Below, piece by piece: positions 1-8,588 of a stretch of DNA of 64,000 nt (positions within the stretch are counted from its first letter, which is position 1; each line of letters opens with the position of its first letter). The notes beneath the pieces were generated by a model. It had not been told where the DNA came from. It worked only from the letters and a program-made list of their open reading frames with translations, and did not search any database. The stretch is taken from assembly GCA_964400725.1 (NCBI GenBank), contig CAYNVS010000005.1:8632-72631 (forward strand), read 5' to 3'. The position numbers and the translations under genes were made by a program. The DNA is from an uncultured Myxococcales bacterium. GTDB lineage: Bacteria > Myxococcota_A > SURF-8 > CAYNVS01.

Positions 1-738
1 TACGAACGCCGCTTTCCCCTCGTTGAAGAGCTGACTTACAAGCGCGCCGTTGGTCTCTTCGGGCGCGACCTTGAGCTTGTTGACCAGCTCCGCTAAAGCG
101 GCGAGCCCCGCCGCGTTCCCGTCGCTCTTAATATCCGGTCTGCCCGCGTCGTTGAACAACCGCCCGCCAAAACCGAAAAGGAAAGGCATCGCGTGATATG
201 GACTGGACGCCTCGAACGCCAAACCGTACGTCTTGCGCGACGGGTCGGTCAATTCCTTCGCTTTGGCGATAAGCTCGTTCAGCGTTTTCGGCGGTTCCGA
301 CGCGAGTTTTTTGTTGTAAAACAGCGCAAGCGACTTATAAGCCAGCGGCAGGCCGTAAAGCTCTCCGTCCGAGGAAAGCGCGCCAAGGCACTTATAGTCC
401 AACTCCGGCGCGTCAAAGGAGGGAGCGGCGACTACGAGCTTGTTGCGAACGTAATCGCCCAGTCTTTCGTGAGCGGCGACGAACAGATCGGGGCCGTTGT
501 CGTTCGGAATCGAGCTTGAGAGCTTGGTCGCGTAAGCGTCGAAGGGGACGCTGAGAGGCTCGACCGTCTCTTCGGGATGCAGCTTGTTCCATTCAAGAAC
601 GAGCTTGTTAAGCGCGGCCTCTTCGTCTCCGCGGTAGCTGTGCCAAAGTTTTATAACTCGCGGCTCCGCGCTAAAAGAGAGCGCGCAGCAAGCCAATACC
701 CCGAAGATTATCAACGGCGCAAAAATCTTTTTGTACAT
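1..738 (-). CDS. ABC transporter extracellular solute-binding protein (family 1, MalE-like), C-terminally truncated by window edge
   Basis: Complement ORF from ATG (complement of 736-738) runs off the window start. Translation MYKKIFAPLIIFGVLACCALSFSAEPRVIKLWHSYRGDEEAALNKLVLEWN...GELYGLPLAYKSLALFYNKKLA...FNEGKAAFV has a signal peptide and a sugar-SBP-like core. It is absent from the ORF track because there is no stop codon in the window. The plus-strand ORFs 193-519 and 577-894 are antisense shadows. Confidence 0.7.
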   Translation of the reverse strand, partial: MYKKIFAPLIIFGVLACCALSFSAEPRVIKLWHSYRGDEEAALNKLVLEWNKLHPEETVEPLSVPFDAYATKLSSSIPNDNGPDLFVAAHERLGDYVRNKLVVAAPSFDAPELDYKCLGALSSDGELYGLPLAYKSLALFYNKKLASEPPKTLNELIAKAKELTDPSRKTYGLAFEASSPYHAMPFLFGFGGRLFNDAGRPDIKSDGNAAGLAALAELVNKLKVAPEETNGALVSQLFNEGKAAFV

Positions 739-1014
739 ACATTATATAATTTGCCCCACAAGCCCGCGAAGTCAAGAGAAAGTTTATTCCGTTTTAACCC
801 GCGTCCGCCTTCCCTACAAGACTGGTTTAGCAACGCGGACGTCCAAGTAGAGCGCGACTTGCAGCGCAAACAGCAAACCGTCTCAAAATTGTAAAGCGCT
901 TAAAAAAGACTTGATAAAATTCGGCTAAAGTTATAAACGTATAATGTTTGCGTTAATTTTATTTGCGGTTTAACCAATTGTTTTCTTAAACTCTGATATA
1001 CGCGAGGTGAACAG

Positions 1015-2445
1015 ATGAAAAAAGTTTCGTTGCTTATGACCATAGCGGCCGCTCTGGCGGTTATGGCGATGGCGGCCGTCGGTTGCGGAACCAGCGGCGA
1101 CAACAACAACAACCAGATAAAGTGCACGTCCGACCAGATGTGCAACAACGGTCAGGTATGCGACACCGTAAACAAGGTCTGCATAGCCAAGTGCAACAAA
1201 AATTCCGACTGCGACAGCGGCGTATGCGTTTTAGGGCACTGCGTTCCCACAACCTCGGACGGCGACGTGGACGCGTTTGACAACAACGAAAGCTCGACCT
1301 GCACGCCCGGCCAGCAGACCTGCGTAGGCACGTCCATCTTCGCGTGCATAAACGGCTCTCTGCAAAAACAGACCGACTGCGCCACTTTGGGCATGGTTTG
1401 CACCGCGGGCAACTGCGTAAACGGCGGCGACACCGACGCCGAAACCCCGGCCTGCACCATCGACGCCAAACAGTGCGTAGTAGATAAAGTTTACACCTGC
1501 ACCGCCAGCGGCTGGAGCCAGACCGAAGACTGCGCCGCGAGCTCCAAAAAGTGCCAGAACGGCGCCTGCGTAGCCGTCGCGACCTGCACAAACAACGACA
1601 AACGCTGCAGCGGCAACATCGTCGAAACCTGCACTAACAACGCATGGGGCGTTACGACCGACTGCGCGGCTTTGGGCAAAACCTGCTCCAACGGCCAATG
1701 CGTAAGCGGCGGCGACGAAGACCCCGAAATTCAAACTTGCAACAACGGCGACATCCGTTGCGTAGGCAACATGACTCAGTCCTGCTCCAACGGAGCGTGG
1801 ATAAACGGAACCGACTGCGCGGCTTTGGGCAAAACCTGCTCCAACGGCCAGTGCGTAGGCGGCGGCGATCCGGACGTCGATAACCCCGTCGAAGTTGACA
1901 ACGGAACCTGCACCGTTGGCTCGACCCGCTGCGTAGGCAACGGCGTATTTAAGTGCAACTCCGCCGGCATGTGGGATTCAGTGGAAGACTGCGCCGCCAG
2001 CGGCAAAACCTGCGTGGACGGCGCCTGCACCGGCGGCTCGACGAACGAAGGATGCGCCAGCGGCACCACTTGCCAAGCGGTAAGCGACGGAGGAGCGATG
2101 GGCTGCTTGACCTCCAGCGGCGGACTTCCCTCCAACGCTCAGAAGGGCTGCGGCAATACGCCCTGCACCGGCAACGCCACTTGCTATTGCACCGAGAGCA
2201 CCTGCGCCGACGCCAACAACGTCTGCATATTCAACTGCGGAACCTGCGCCAGCGGCACCACTTGCCAAGCGGTAACCGACGGAGGAGCGATGGGCTGCTT
2301 GACCTCCAGCGGCGGAATCCCCTCCAACGCGCAAAAGGGCTGCGGAAACAACACCCCTTGCACCGGCAACGCCACCTGCTATTGCACCGAGAGCACCTGC
2401 GCCGACGCCAACAACGTCTGCATCGGCAACTGCTCTACTCTGTAA
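1015..2445 (+). CDS. secreted cysteine-rich repeat lipoprotein (about six tandem Cys-rich modules plus a duplicated C-terminal module)
   Basis: Signal peptide with lipobox AAVGC followed by GTSGDNNNNQ. Repeated modules of the type TCxxGxxxCxNGxWxxxTDCAALGKTCSNGQCV recur. The last two 64-aa modules are near-identical. RBS GAGGTG lies before the ATG and a terminator hairpin follows. Confidence 0.7.
   Translation: MKKVSLLMTIAAALAVMAMAAVGCGTSGDNNNNQIKCTSDQMCNNGQVCDTVNKVCIAKCNKNSDCDSGVCVLGHCVPTTSDGDVDAFDNNESSTCTPGQQTCVGTSIFACINGSLQKQTDCATLGMVCTAGNCVNGGDTDAETPACTIDAKQCVVDKVYTCTASGWSQTEDCAASSKKCQNGACVAVATCTNNDKRCSGNIVETCTNNAWGVTTDCAALGKTCSNGQCVSGGDEDPEIQTCNNGDIRCVGNMTQSCSNGAWINGTDCAALGKTCSNGQCVGGGDPDVDNPVEVDNGTCTVGSTRCVGNGVFKCNSAGMWDSVEDCAASGKTCVDGACTGGSTNEGCASGTTCQAVSDGGAMGCLTSSGGLPSNAQKGCGNTPCTGNATCYCTESTCADANNVCIFNCGTCASGTTCQAVTDGGAMGCLTSSGGIPSNAQKGCGNNTPCTGNATCYCTESTCADANNVCIGNCSTL
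2053..2439 (+). repeat. near-identical tandem direct repeat (~192 bp x2) inside the Cys-rich lipoprotein gene
   Basis: The string tgcgccagcggcaccacttgccaagcgg occurs at 2053 and again at 2245. The encoded peptides GCASGTTCQAVSDGGAMGCLTSSGGLPSNAQKGCGNTPCTGNATCYCTESTCADANNVCI and its copy differ by a few residues and one codon insertion. Confidence 0.8.
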
Positions 2446-2466
2446 GCGGAGTTAGACGAATTACAA

Positions 2467-2497
2467 AAAGCCCCTCGCTTGAGGGGCTTTTTTTTAC
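2467..2497 (+). terminator. Rho-independent terminator
   Basis: aaaaagCCCCTCgcttGAGGGGcttttttttac: GC stem-loop followed by a T8 run, immediately after the stop of the 1015-2445 gene. Confidence 0.75.
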
Positions 2498-2518
2498 AAG
2501 CAAAAGCGAAAGCGATAA

Positions 2519-3766
2519 ATGCGCGACAAACTGATTCTGGCCAACATTCGCGAGCTCGTTACTCTCTCCGGCGTTTTTTCCTCGCCGGAAAACCCTCTGG
2601 GCGTTCTGCGCGACGCCTGCGTTGCAATGGACGAAGGCGTAATCGCTTACGCGGGGGACTTTTCCTCCATTCCAGCATCCCTGCTTGACTCTGAAGTAAT
2701 GGACGCGGACGACCTTACCGTAATGCCGGGGCTCGTCGACTGCCATACTCACCTAGTTTTCGCCGGCAACCGCGCCGACGAATATTTAATGAAACTTTCG
2801 GGCGTTCCCTACATGGAAATCGCCCAAAGAGGCGGCGGCATTCTCGCCACCGTAGAAGCGACCCGCAAGGCGAGTCTTGAAGAGCTTATTGCATTGGGCT
2901 TGCCGAGACTTAAAAGAGCGTTGGCGCGCGGAATAACGACGGTGGAAATTAAATCGGGCTACGGGCTTGATACGGAGACCGAACTTAAACAACTTGAGGC
3001 GATAGACGCTCTTTCACAGCTTCAGCCAGTCGAAATAGTTCCGACGTTCATGGGCGCGCACGAGTTTCCGCCCGAATTCCGCGGAGACGAAGGCAAGAAG
3101 GAGCGTTACGTCGATTTGCTCTGCGAGGAAATGATTCCGGCGGTTGCGGAACAAGGCATAGCCGTATTCATCGACGTTTTTTGCGAACCGGGCGTCTTCA
3201 GCGTTCCGCAGGCCGAGCGCATATTGCTAAAAGGCGTGGAATTCGGGCTTATTCCGCGCCTTCACGCCGACGAGTTCGCCGACGGAAAAGCCGCTTCGCT
3301 GGCCGCGAGAATCGGCGCCAAAAGCGCGGATCATCTTCAGGCCGCGTCTATTGAGGGCTTGGAAGAAATGGCGAAAGCGGGAGTCGTCGCGACGCTGCTG
3401 CCTGGAGTGAATTTGTCGATGGGAAAAAAAGATTTTCCCGACGCGAAAAAAATGATCGAACTCGGATTAAAAATCGCAATCGCCACCGATTTCAACCCCG
3501 GAAGCAGCCCGACGCAAAACCTTCCGCTGGTTGCTGCCTTCGCGTGCGCGTTCATGCGCGTTCCGCCTCAAACCGCGCTGGCGGCTATTACTGCAAACGC
3601 CGCGTCCGCGCTAGGAATGCAGAGCAAGATTGGAAAGATTGAAGTCGGCATGCAGGCCGATTTGCTGGGCTTGAGAGCGGACGGCTGGGCGGACATTTTC
3701 TACAACTCCGGAGAAAACTTGACGGCGCTTGCGATTAAAAAAGGGAAATTGGAATTCGAGGCGTAA
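2519..3766 (+). CDS. hutI: imidazolonepropionase (histidine utilisation)
   Basis: Amidohydrolase with the HutI signatures DCHTHLVFAG and IAIATDFNPGSSP; 415 aa. Confidence 0.9.
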   Translation: MRDKLILANIRELVTLSGVFSSPENPLGVLRDACVAMDEGVIAYAGDFSSIPASLLDSEVMDADDLTVMPGLVDCHTHLVFAGNRADEYLMKLSGVPYMEIAQRGGGILATVEATRKASLEELIALGLPRLKRALARGITTVEIKSGYGLDTETELKQLEAIDALSQLQPVEIVPTFMGAHEFPPEFRGDEGKKERYVDLLCEEMIPAVAEQGIAVFIDVFCEPGVFSVPQAERILLKGVEFGLIPRLHADEFADGKAASLAARIGAKSADHLQAASIEGLEEMAKAGVVATLLPGVNLSMGKKDFPDAKKMIELGLKIAIATDFNPGSSPTQNLPLVAAFACAFMRVPPQTALAAITANAASALGMQSKIGKIEVGMQADLLGLRADGWADIFYNSGENLTALAIKKGKLEFEA

Positions 3767-3831
3767 AAGGCGCCTTTAGACCTAACGCCGCGCTTTAAAC
3801 TATTTTTTCGTCAAAATAAAAGGCTGCGAAC

Positions 3832-4272
3832 ATGGAGCTAAACTTAAGAAAAGCGGTAAGAAACGCGATTTTCGCGGAGGAATCGGCGCGCAGTCTGTAC
3901 GTCGCGCTTGAAAGCTATTCAAAGGACGAGCGGACGAAAAAATTTTTCGGTAAAATGGCGGCGGCGGAATTGAAGCATATCGAGATAATAGAGTCGTTCG
4001 CCGCGGAAAATAAAATAGAGCCGTCCGAAGAGGTTGACTCCGAATTCGCCTTGTTTGAAACCGCCTCCGAAGATTACAAATTCGATTTGTCCGACCCGCA
4101 TAACGCCATCGGCGCGGCGATAACGGCGGAAATTAAAGCCAAAAACGGTTACGAGGATTACGCGGCCAAATCGGAGGGAGACGTAAAACTCTTTTTTCTT
4201 AAAATGGCCTCGTTCGAGGAAGGGCATTACAAATCGTTGTTGAAAATGAGAGAGCGCTATTCGTCCGGCTGA
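3832..4272 (+). CDS. ferritin-like diiron protein, rubrerythrin family without rubredoxin domain (sulerythrin-like), paralog 1
   Basis: 146 aa with two ExxH motifs (ELKH, EEGH) in a four-helix-bundle-like layout. Paralogous to ORFs 4413-4847 and 37425-37871. Confidence 0.6.
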   Translation: MELNLRKAVRNAIFAEESARSLYVALESYSKDERTKKFFGKMAAAELKHIEIIESFAAENKIEPSEEVDSEFALFETASEDYKFDLSDPHNAIGAAITAEIKAKNGYEDYAAKSEGDVKLFFLKMASFEEGHYKSLLKMRERYSSG

Positions 4273-4412
4273 TAGCGGCGCCGCCGCAAAAGCCTTAGCT
4301 TAAATAATCTCAAAATGAGAACAAGTGTTGACCATTCGCGCCTTTAATTTGGCGCCCGGCCTTTCCGCATCGTATAATTATGCGCAAATTGTTTTGGAAA
4401 GGATGCGCGGTT

Positions 4413-4847
4413 ATGCAGGTTACTCTCGAACAAGCCGTTAGAAACGCCATAATGTCGGAGGAAAACGCCCGAAGATTTTACGAGCGGCTTTCGCGTTTTG
4501 TCGAAAACGAAGACGCGAAGCGTTTTTTCGTAAAAATGTCGGAAGAAGAGGAACGACACGCGGTCGCGCTGGCTAATTTGGCGCGGGACAAAACCTTGCG
4601 GCTGCCCAAAAACATCGACGTAGCGAGCGCCTTTTTAGAGCCTCGCCCCGGAACGGCCGACGCGAAGATTGAAACGCTGGAAGGCGCAATCGAGCTTGCC
4701 ATCGCGGCGGAAATCAACGCGCAGCTTTATTACGAGGCTCTCGCATCGACCGTCGAAGGAGAAGCTCAACTTTTTTTCGAGCGGATGGCGGAGGCGGAGT
4801 CGAGCCATTACGATATTCTAAACGACTATAAAAACCGACTGAAATAA
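4413..4847 (+). CDS. ferritin-like diiron protein, rubrerythrin family without rubredoxin domain, paralog 2
   Basis: Start moved to ATG 4413 (MQVTLEQAVRNAIMSEENARRFYERL), which has GGAAAGGA upstream. ExxH motifs EERH and ESSH. The N-terminal consensus LxxAVRNAI is shared with the 3832 ORF. Confidence 0.6.
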   Translation: MQVTLEQAVRNAIMSEENARRFYERLSRFVENEDAKRFFVKMSEEEERHAVALANLARDKTLRLPKNIDVASAFLEPRPGTADAKIETLEGAIELAIAAEINAQLYYEALASTVEGEAQLFFERMAEAESSHYDILNDYKNRLK

Positions 4848-5027
4848 CTTTCAATCTTTCGCCCCCCGCCAATCGCCGGCGCGAAATAACGCTAAATTAG
4901 GGAGCGGAAGCCGCGCGGACTGACCGCGGCGCCGAGAAGACGGCGTTAGAATTCGGCGTTTTTTTTTAGCGATTAACTCTTGCGCAAAAGAATAAATCAA
5001 ATTATAAATTATTTACGAGGTGTTTCA

Positions 5028-5723
5028 ATGATTACCGGAATGAACCACAACATAATGCACAACGGCAATTTGTACCATATACAAACGGAGGAATCCGGAC
5101 GAAAACATCCGCATGTAATCAGCCACCTCTTTCTCGACGGAGTAATTCTCGCGACCGAAAAAACGAGCTACGAGGAGCATCTGGCTCTTTCGGACGACGA
5201 TTTGCTTCCAATTCTTAAAAATCTAATGCAGCGGTCTCACCGCGCGATGATAAACCGGCTTGTTACAGGCGGTTACGATCACCTAAGCCAGACGATAAAA
5301 AGACCCGTTCAGCCCAAACCGGAGGTCGTTCTGGCCAACCTAGAAAAGACCGAGGACGAAACGACTCTTCAGTACGCCAAAGAGGCTGAAAACACCGTGG
5401 CCCGAAAAATCGCCGAGGAAACTACCAAACATACGGTCCGCCTGCAGACCGATGAGCCTTCTAAAGAGGAGCCTAAAGAAGAGAGGGCTCCGTCCGAAGA
5501 AAAAAAGCCGGCGGAAAGAGCCGGAACTTCTCAAAAAATCGCAGAAATAAGAACGCGCGCGGTTACGATGCCGGTCGTGAAAAGAACCGCTCCGGTGGAG
5601 CAGGACGAAGATTCGCTCGATTTGTATATGATATTCGGCGCTTCCAAAAAAGTGCCGCGCAACAGGGAAATATTTTCCCTTCGCGAAAAAATAGCCGCTC
5701 TTCTCGGCATTCCCAAAGAGTAA
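5028..5723 (+). CDS. hypothetical protein with E/K-rich disordered C-terminal half
   Basis: ATG 5028 (MITGMNHNIMH) is preceded by GAGGTG. No recognisable motifs. Confidence 0.4.
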   Translation: MITGMNHNIMHNGNLYHIQTEESGRKHPHVISHLFLDGVILATEKTSYEEHLALSDDDLLPILKNLMQRSHRAMINRLVTGGYDHLSQTIKRPVQPKPEVVLANLEKTEDETTLQYAKEAENTVARKIAEETTKHTVRLQTDEPSKEEPKEERAPSEEKKPAERAGTSQKIAEIRTRAVTMPVVKRTAPVEQDEDSLDLYMIFGASKKVPRNREIFSLREKIAALLGIPKE

Positions 5724-5765
5724 TAACCGCTTTGGCGTTTAATTTAACATCGAGGCAAATAAAAT

Positions 5766-5996
5766 ATGCAAGGAACCGAATTATTTACCGCTTATTTAGT
5801 TACATTCGGGTGGGCCGTTCTCGGTTCGATAAGCATGGCCGTCGGATTGCTGCTTATGCTTTTAGTTTTTACGAAAGCCACCCCGCAAATCGACGAATGG
5901 AAGGAGCTAAAACAAGGAAACGTAGCGGTCGCGATAGTTTTGGCCGCAGTAATAATCGCATGCGCAATGGTCGTATCCGCCATGGTGCGTCCCTAA
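5766..5996 (+). CDS. DUF350-family small membrane protein
   Basis: 76 aa with two TM helices flanking the conserved KQGNVAVAIVLAA segment typical of DUF350/YjfL proteins. Confidence 0.6.
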   Translation: MQGTELFTAYLVTFGWAVLGSISMAVGLLLMLLVFTKATPQIDEWKELKQGNVAVAIVLAAVIIACAMVVSAMVRP

Positions 5997-6051
5997 CGGT
6001 CGGTTTGACCCCTCGACTTTTGACGCGCATTGCCGGCGCGTCGTTCGTTAA

Positions 6052-8379
6052 ATGAAAATCCGAAAAAAAATACGCGCGCGAGGCGTCGTGCAAGGAGTGG
6101 GAATGAGGCCGAACGTAAAAAAAATCGCCGACGCGCTCGGCCTTTTCGGCTTCGTCAAAAACGATAAATCGGGCGTTGAAATTGAGGTCGAGGGAGAAGA
6201 ACGCGCCGTTGAAGAGTTCGAGAGGCGCGTAATTTCCGACGCTCCGCCTTCCGCTAAAATCGACGAAACGATTTCGTCGCGGCTGCCTTATTTCGGCTAC
6301 GAGCGTTTCTCGATTGAAAAAAGCGGCTTAGACGCGGGCAAAAGCGTAAGCGTGCCGGTCGATTTGCCTACGTGCGGCGATTGCAAGGCCGAAATGCTGT
6401 CGGCGTCGGACAGACGCCGCGGTTACGCCTTTATAAACTGCACAAATTGCGGGCCTAGGTTTACGATAATAAAATCGCAGCCTTACGACCGGCCTGCGAC
6501 GACGATGTCTCGCTTCGAGATGTGCCCTCAATGCCGCGCCGAATACGAAGACGCCTCCGACAGACGATTTCACGCGCAGCCTATCGCATGCCCGACTTGC
6601 GGCCCGACGCTTACTTTAATGGACGCGCGCGGCGCGGTTATTGAATGCGGCGACCCGGTCGGACGCGTTATTGACGAAATAATAAAAGGCAAAATCGTCG
6701 CGATAAAAGGAATCGGCGGATTTCATCTAGCCTGCGACGCGCGCAACGATGACGCTATAGCGGCGCTGCGCGCGCGCAAACGCAGGGACGAGCGTCCGTT
6801 TGCCGTAATGTTTAGGAACGCGACGGAAATAAAAAAAGCCGCGCACGTTTCGCCGCAGGAAGAAAAGCTGCTCCTCTCGCTCCGCGCGCCGATAGTTATT
6901 TTAAAGCGCAAAACGCCTTTTCCCTTTCCCGAATCGGTTTGCGCCGGTCTCCCGACGATCGGGGCGTTTCTGCCGTACGCGCCCCTTCATACGCTTTTAT
7001 TCGAGAGCGAAAACTCGCCCGAAGGAATGGCGCTGGTTATGACCAGCTGCAACGTCCACGACGAGCCGATTGTCTATATCGACTCATTCGATTCAAAGAG
7101 GCTTGGGGAATTGGCCGATTTAATTCTTACGCACAACCGCCCAATTCTCGTCCGCTGCGACGATTCCGTCGCCGCGGTTTATTCGGGAGAGGAAACGGTA
7201 TTACGCCGCGCGCGCGGCTACGTTCCGCAGTCGCTTCGTTTTGCCGCTCCGTTTAAAAAAACGGTTCTCGCGGTCGGCGCCGAGTTGAAAAATACGGTTT
7301 GCCTTTGCTTCGAGGAGCATGCGGTATTGAGCCAGCACGTCGGCGATTTGCAGAACGTCGAAACGTTCGACGCCTTCCTTGAGACGATCGGACACTTAGA
7401 GGGGCTCTTCGAGACGCGGCCTGAACTTTTAGTCCGCGACGCGCATCCCGATTTCTTGTCGAGCCGATACGCGGCAGAGCGCGCCGAAAAGGAAGGGCTG
7501 CAAATAATTTCGCTGCAACACCACGCGGCGCACGCGCTTTCCTGCATCGCGGAAAACGGTCTGTTTGAAAAAAGCTGCCTATGCCTGACCTTCGACGGAA
7601 CCGGACTTGGCTCGGACGGCGCGGTTTGGGGCGGAGAAATTTTCGAGGCGACGCCGGATAAAATAAAACGCGCCGGGCATATCGAGTATTTCCCTCAGCC
7701 GTTCGGCGATAAGAGCGCCAGACTCCCTTGGACGACCGCGCTGTGCATGGTTCGCCGTTTTGCGCCCGAAATCCGGCCGCCCGACTCGGTAGCGCGTTAC
7801 GCGCAAAGCGGCGCGGGCAAAATTCTAGACGAAACGCTTAAGCGGGGAGCCGGCAAAATGCCGCGCTCAAGCTCTATGGGGCGCTTGTTCGACGCGGTTT
7901 CCGCGCTGCTGGACGTTAATACCGAAGCCTCTTACGAGGCGCAAGCGGCGATAGCGCTTGAAAGCGTTTCCTTGCCGGACGTAGGGCTTGACGACGCGTA
8001 CGACATGCCGGTCGAGAGCGAAGGCGGCTTATTCGTCGCGAGAATTGCGCCGTTGATTAAGGGAATCATCGCCGACGCGGCGCGCGGCGCGGACGTTTCG
8101 GAAGCCGGAGGCAGGTTTCACGCCGCGGTAGTTTCTTCGTTTTCCTCAATGGCCGAGGCTTTGAGGGAAAAAAGCGGCATTAATAATATTGTGTTGTCCG
8201 GCGGATGTTTTTTAAATAGAATACTCGCCGAGAGATTTACCGCCGAATTGAAAAAACGCGGCTTCGACGTTTACGCCCATCGAACGGTTCCGCCCGGAGA
8301 CGGCGGCGTCTCGCTGGGTCAGGCGTATTACGCATGGAGATTGCAAAATGTGCATGGCTATACCTATGAAAGTTACTGA
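6052..8379 (+). CDS. hypF: [NiFe]-hydrogenase maturation carbamoyltransferase HypF
   Basis: Acylphosphatase-like N-terminus (VQGVGMRP). Two CxxC zinc-finger pairs (CGDCKAE...CTNCGPRF; CPQCRAEY...CPTCGP). YrdC-like and Kae1-like C-terminal domains. 775 aa. Confidence 0.93.
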   Translation: MKIRKKIRARGVVQGVGMRPNVKKIADALGLFGFVKNDKSGVEIEVEGEERAVEEFERRVISDAPPSAKIDETISSRLPYFGYERFSIEKSGLDAGKSVSVPVDLPTCGDCKAEMLSASDRRRGYAFINCTNCGPRFTIIKSQPYDRPATTMSRFEMCPQCRAEYEDASDRRFHAQPIACPTCGPTLTLMDARGAVIECGDPVGRVIDEIIKGKIVAIKGIGGFHLACDARNDDAIAALRARKRRDERPFAVMFRNATEIKKAAHVSPQEEKLLLSLRAPIVILKRKTPFPFPESVCAGLPTIGAFLPYAPLHTLLFESENSPEGMALVMTSCNVHDEPIVYIDSFDSKRLGELADLILTHNRPILVRCDDSVAAVYSGEETVLRRARGYVPQSLRFAAPFKKTVLAVGAELKNTVCLCFEEHAVLSQHVGDLQNVETFDAFLETIGHLEGLFETRPELLVRDAHPDFLSSRYAAERAEKEGLQIISLQHHAAHALSCIAENGLFEKSCLCLTFDGTGLGSDGAVWGGEIFEATPDKIKRAGHIEYFPQPFGDKSARLPWTTALCMVRRFAPEIRPPDSVARYAQSGAGKILDETLKRGAGKMPRSSSMGRLFDAVSALLDVNTEASYEAQAAIALESVSLPDVGLDDAYDMPVESEGGLFVARIAPLIKGIIADAARGADVSEAGGRFHAAVVSSFSSMAEALREKSGINNIVLSGGCFLNRILAERFTAELKKRGFDVYAHRTVPPGDGGVSLGQAYYAWRLQNVHGYTYESY

Positions 8380-8581
8380 AATTTCGGGCGCGGACGGAAA
8401 GTGCGAACTTTCCGGCGTGTCGCGAAGCGTCAGATTCGATCTCGTTCCGTCGGTCAAGATAGGCGATTACGTCCTAGTTCACGCCGGTTTCGCCATCGAG
8501 ACTATAGACGAGGATGAAGCGCAAAGAACGCTTGAATTATTCAAAGAGATGCTGGGCGGCGAAGAAGCGCCGGCAAGCTGA
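8348..8581 (+). CDS. hypC: hydrogenase maturation factor HypC
   Basis: The canonical MCMAIPMKV N-terminus has Cys2. 77 aa. Overlaps the hypF 3' end by 32 nt, indicating translational coupling. Confidence 0.9.
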   Translation: MCMAIPMKVTEISGADGKCELSGVSRSVRFDLVPSVKIGDYVLVHAGFAIETIDEDEAQRTLELFKEMLGGEEAPAS

Positions 8582-8588
8582 GGCGCGA

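Noticed and set aside
193-894. Plus-strand ORFs 193-519 and 577-894 (Arg-rich translations)
   Set aside because: Antisense to the MalE-like SBP gene (1-738, minus), which gives a coherent signal-peptide-bearing protein. Their composition is typical of GC-rich antisense frames.
1061-2534. Multiple overlapping ORFs (e.g. 1061-1591 minus, 1231-1734 minus, 1953-2534 plus, 1978-2334 minus) inside the Cys-rich lipoprotein gene
   Set aside because: Arg/Gly/Ala-rich shadow frames of a repetitive GC-rich gene. Only the 1015-2445 frame has a signal peptide, lipobox and ordered Cys spacing.
4326-4378. TTGACC ... TATAAT hexamers upstream of the second rubrerythrin-like gene as a sigma70 promoter
   Set aside because: Spacing between the hexamers is about 41 bp, far outside the 16-19 bp range. 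Not supported as a pair.
5732-6055. 107-aa ORF overlapping the DUF350 gene in another frame
   Set aside because: Highly basic, no RBS. The DUF350 frame gives a clean two-TM protein with the family-conserved KQGNVAVAI segment.
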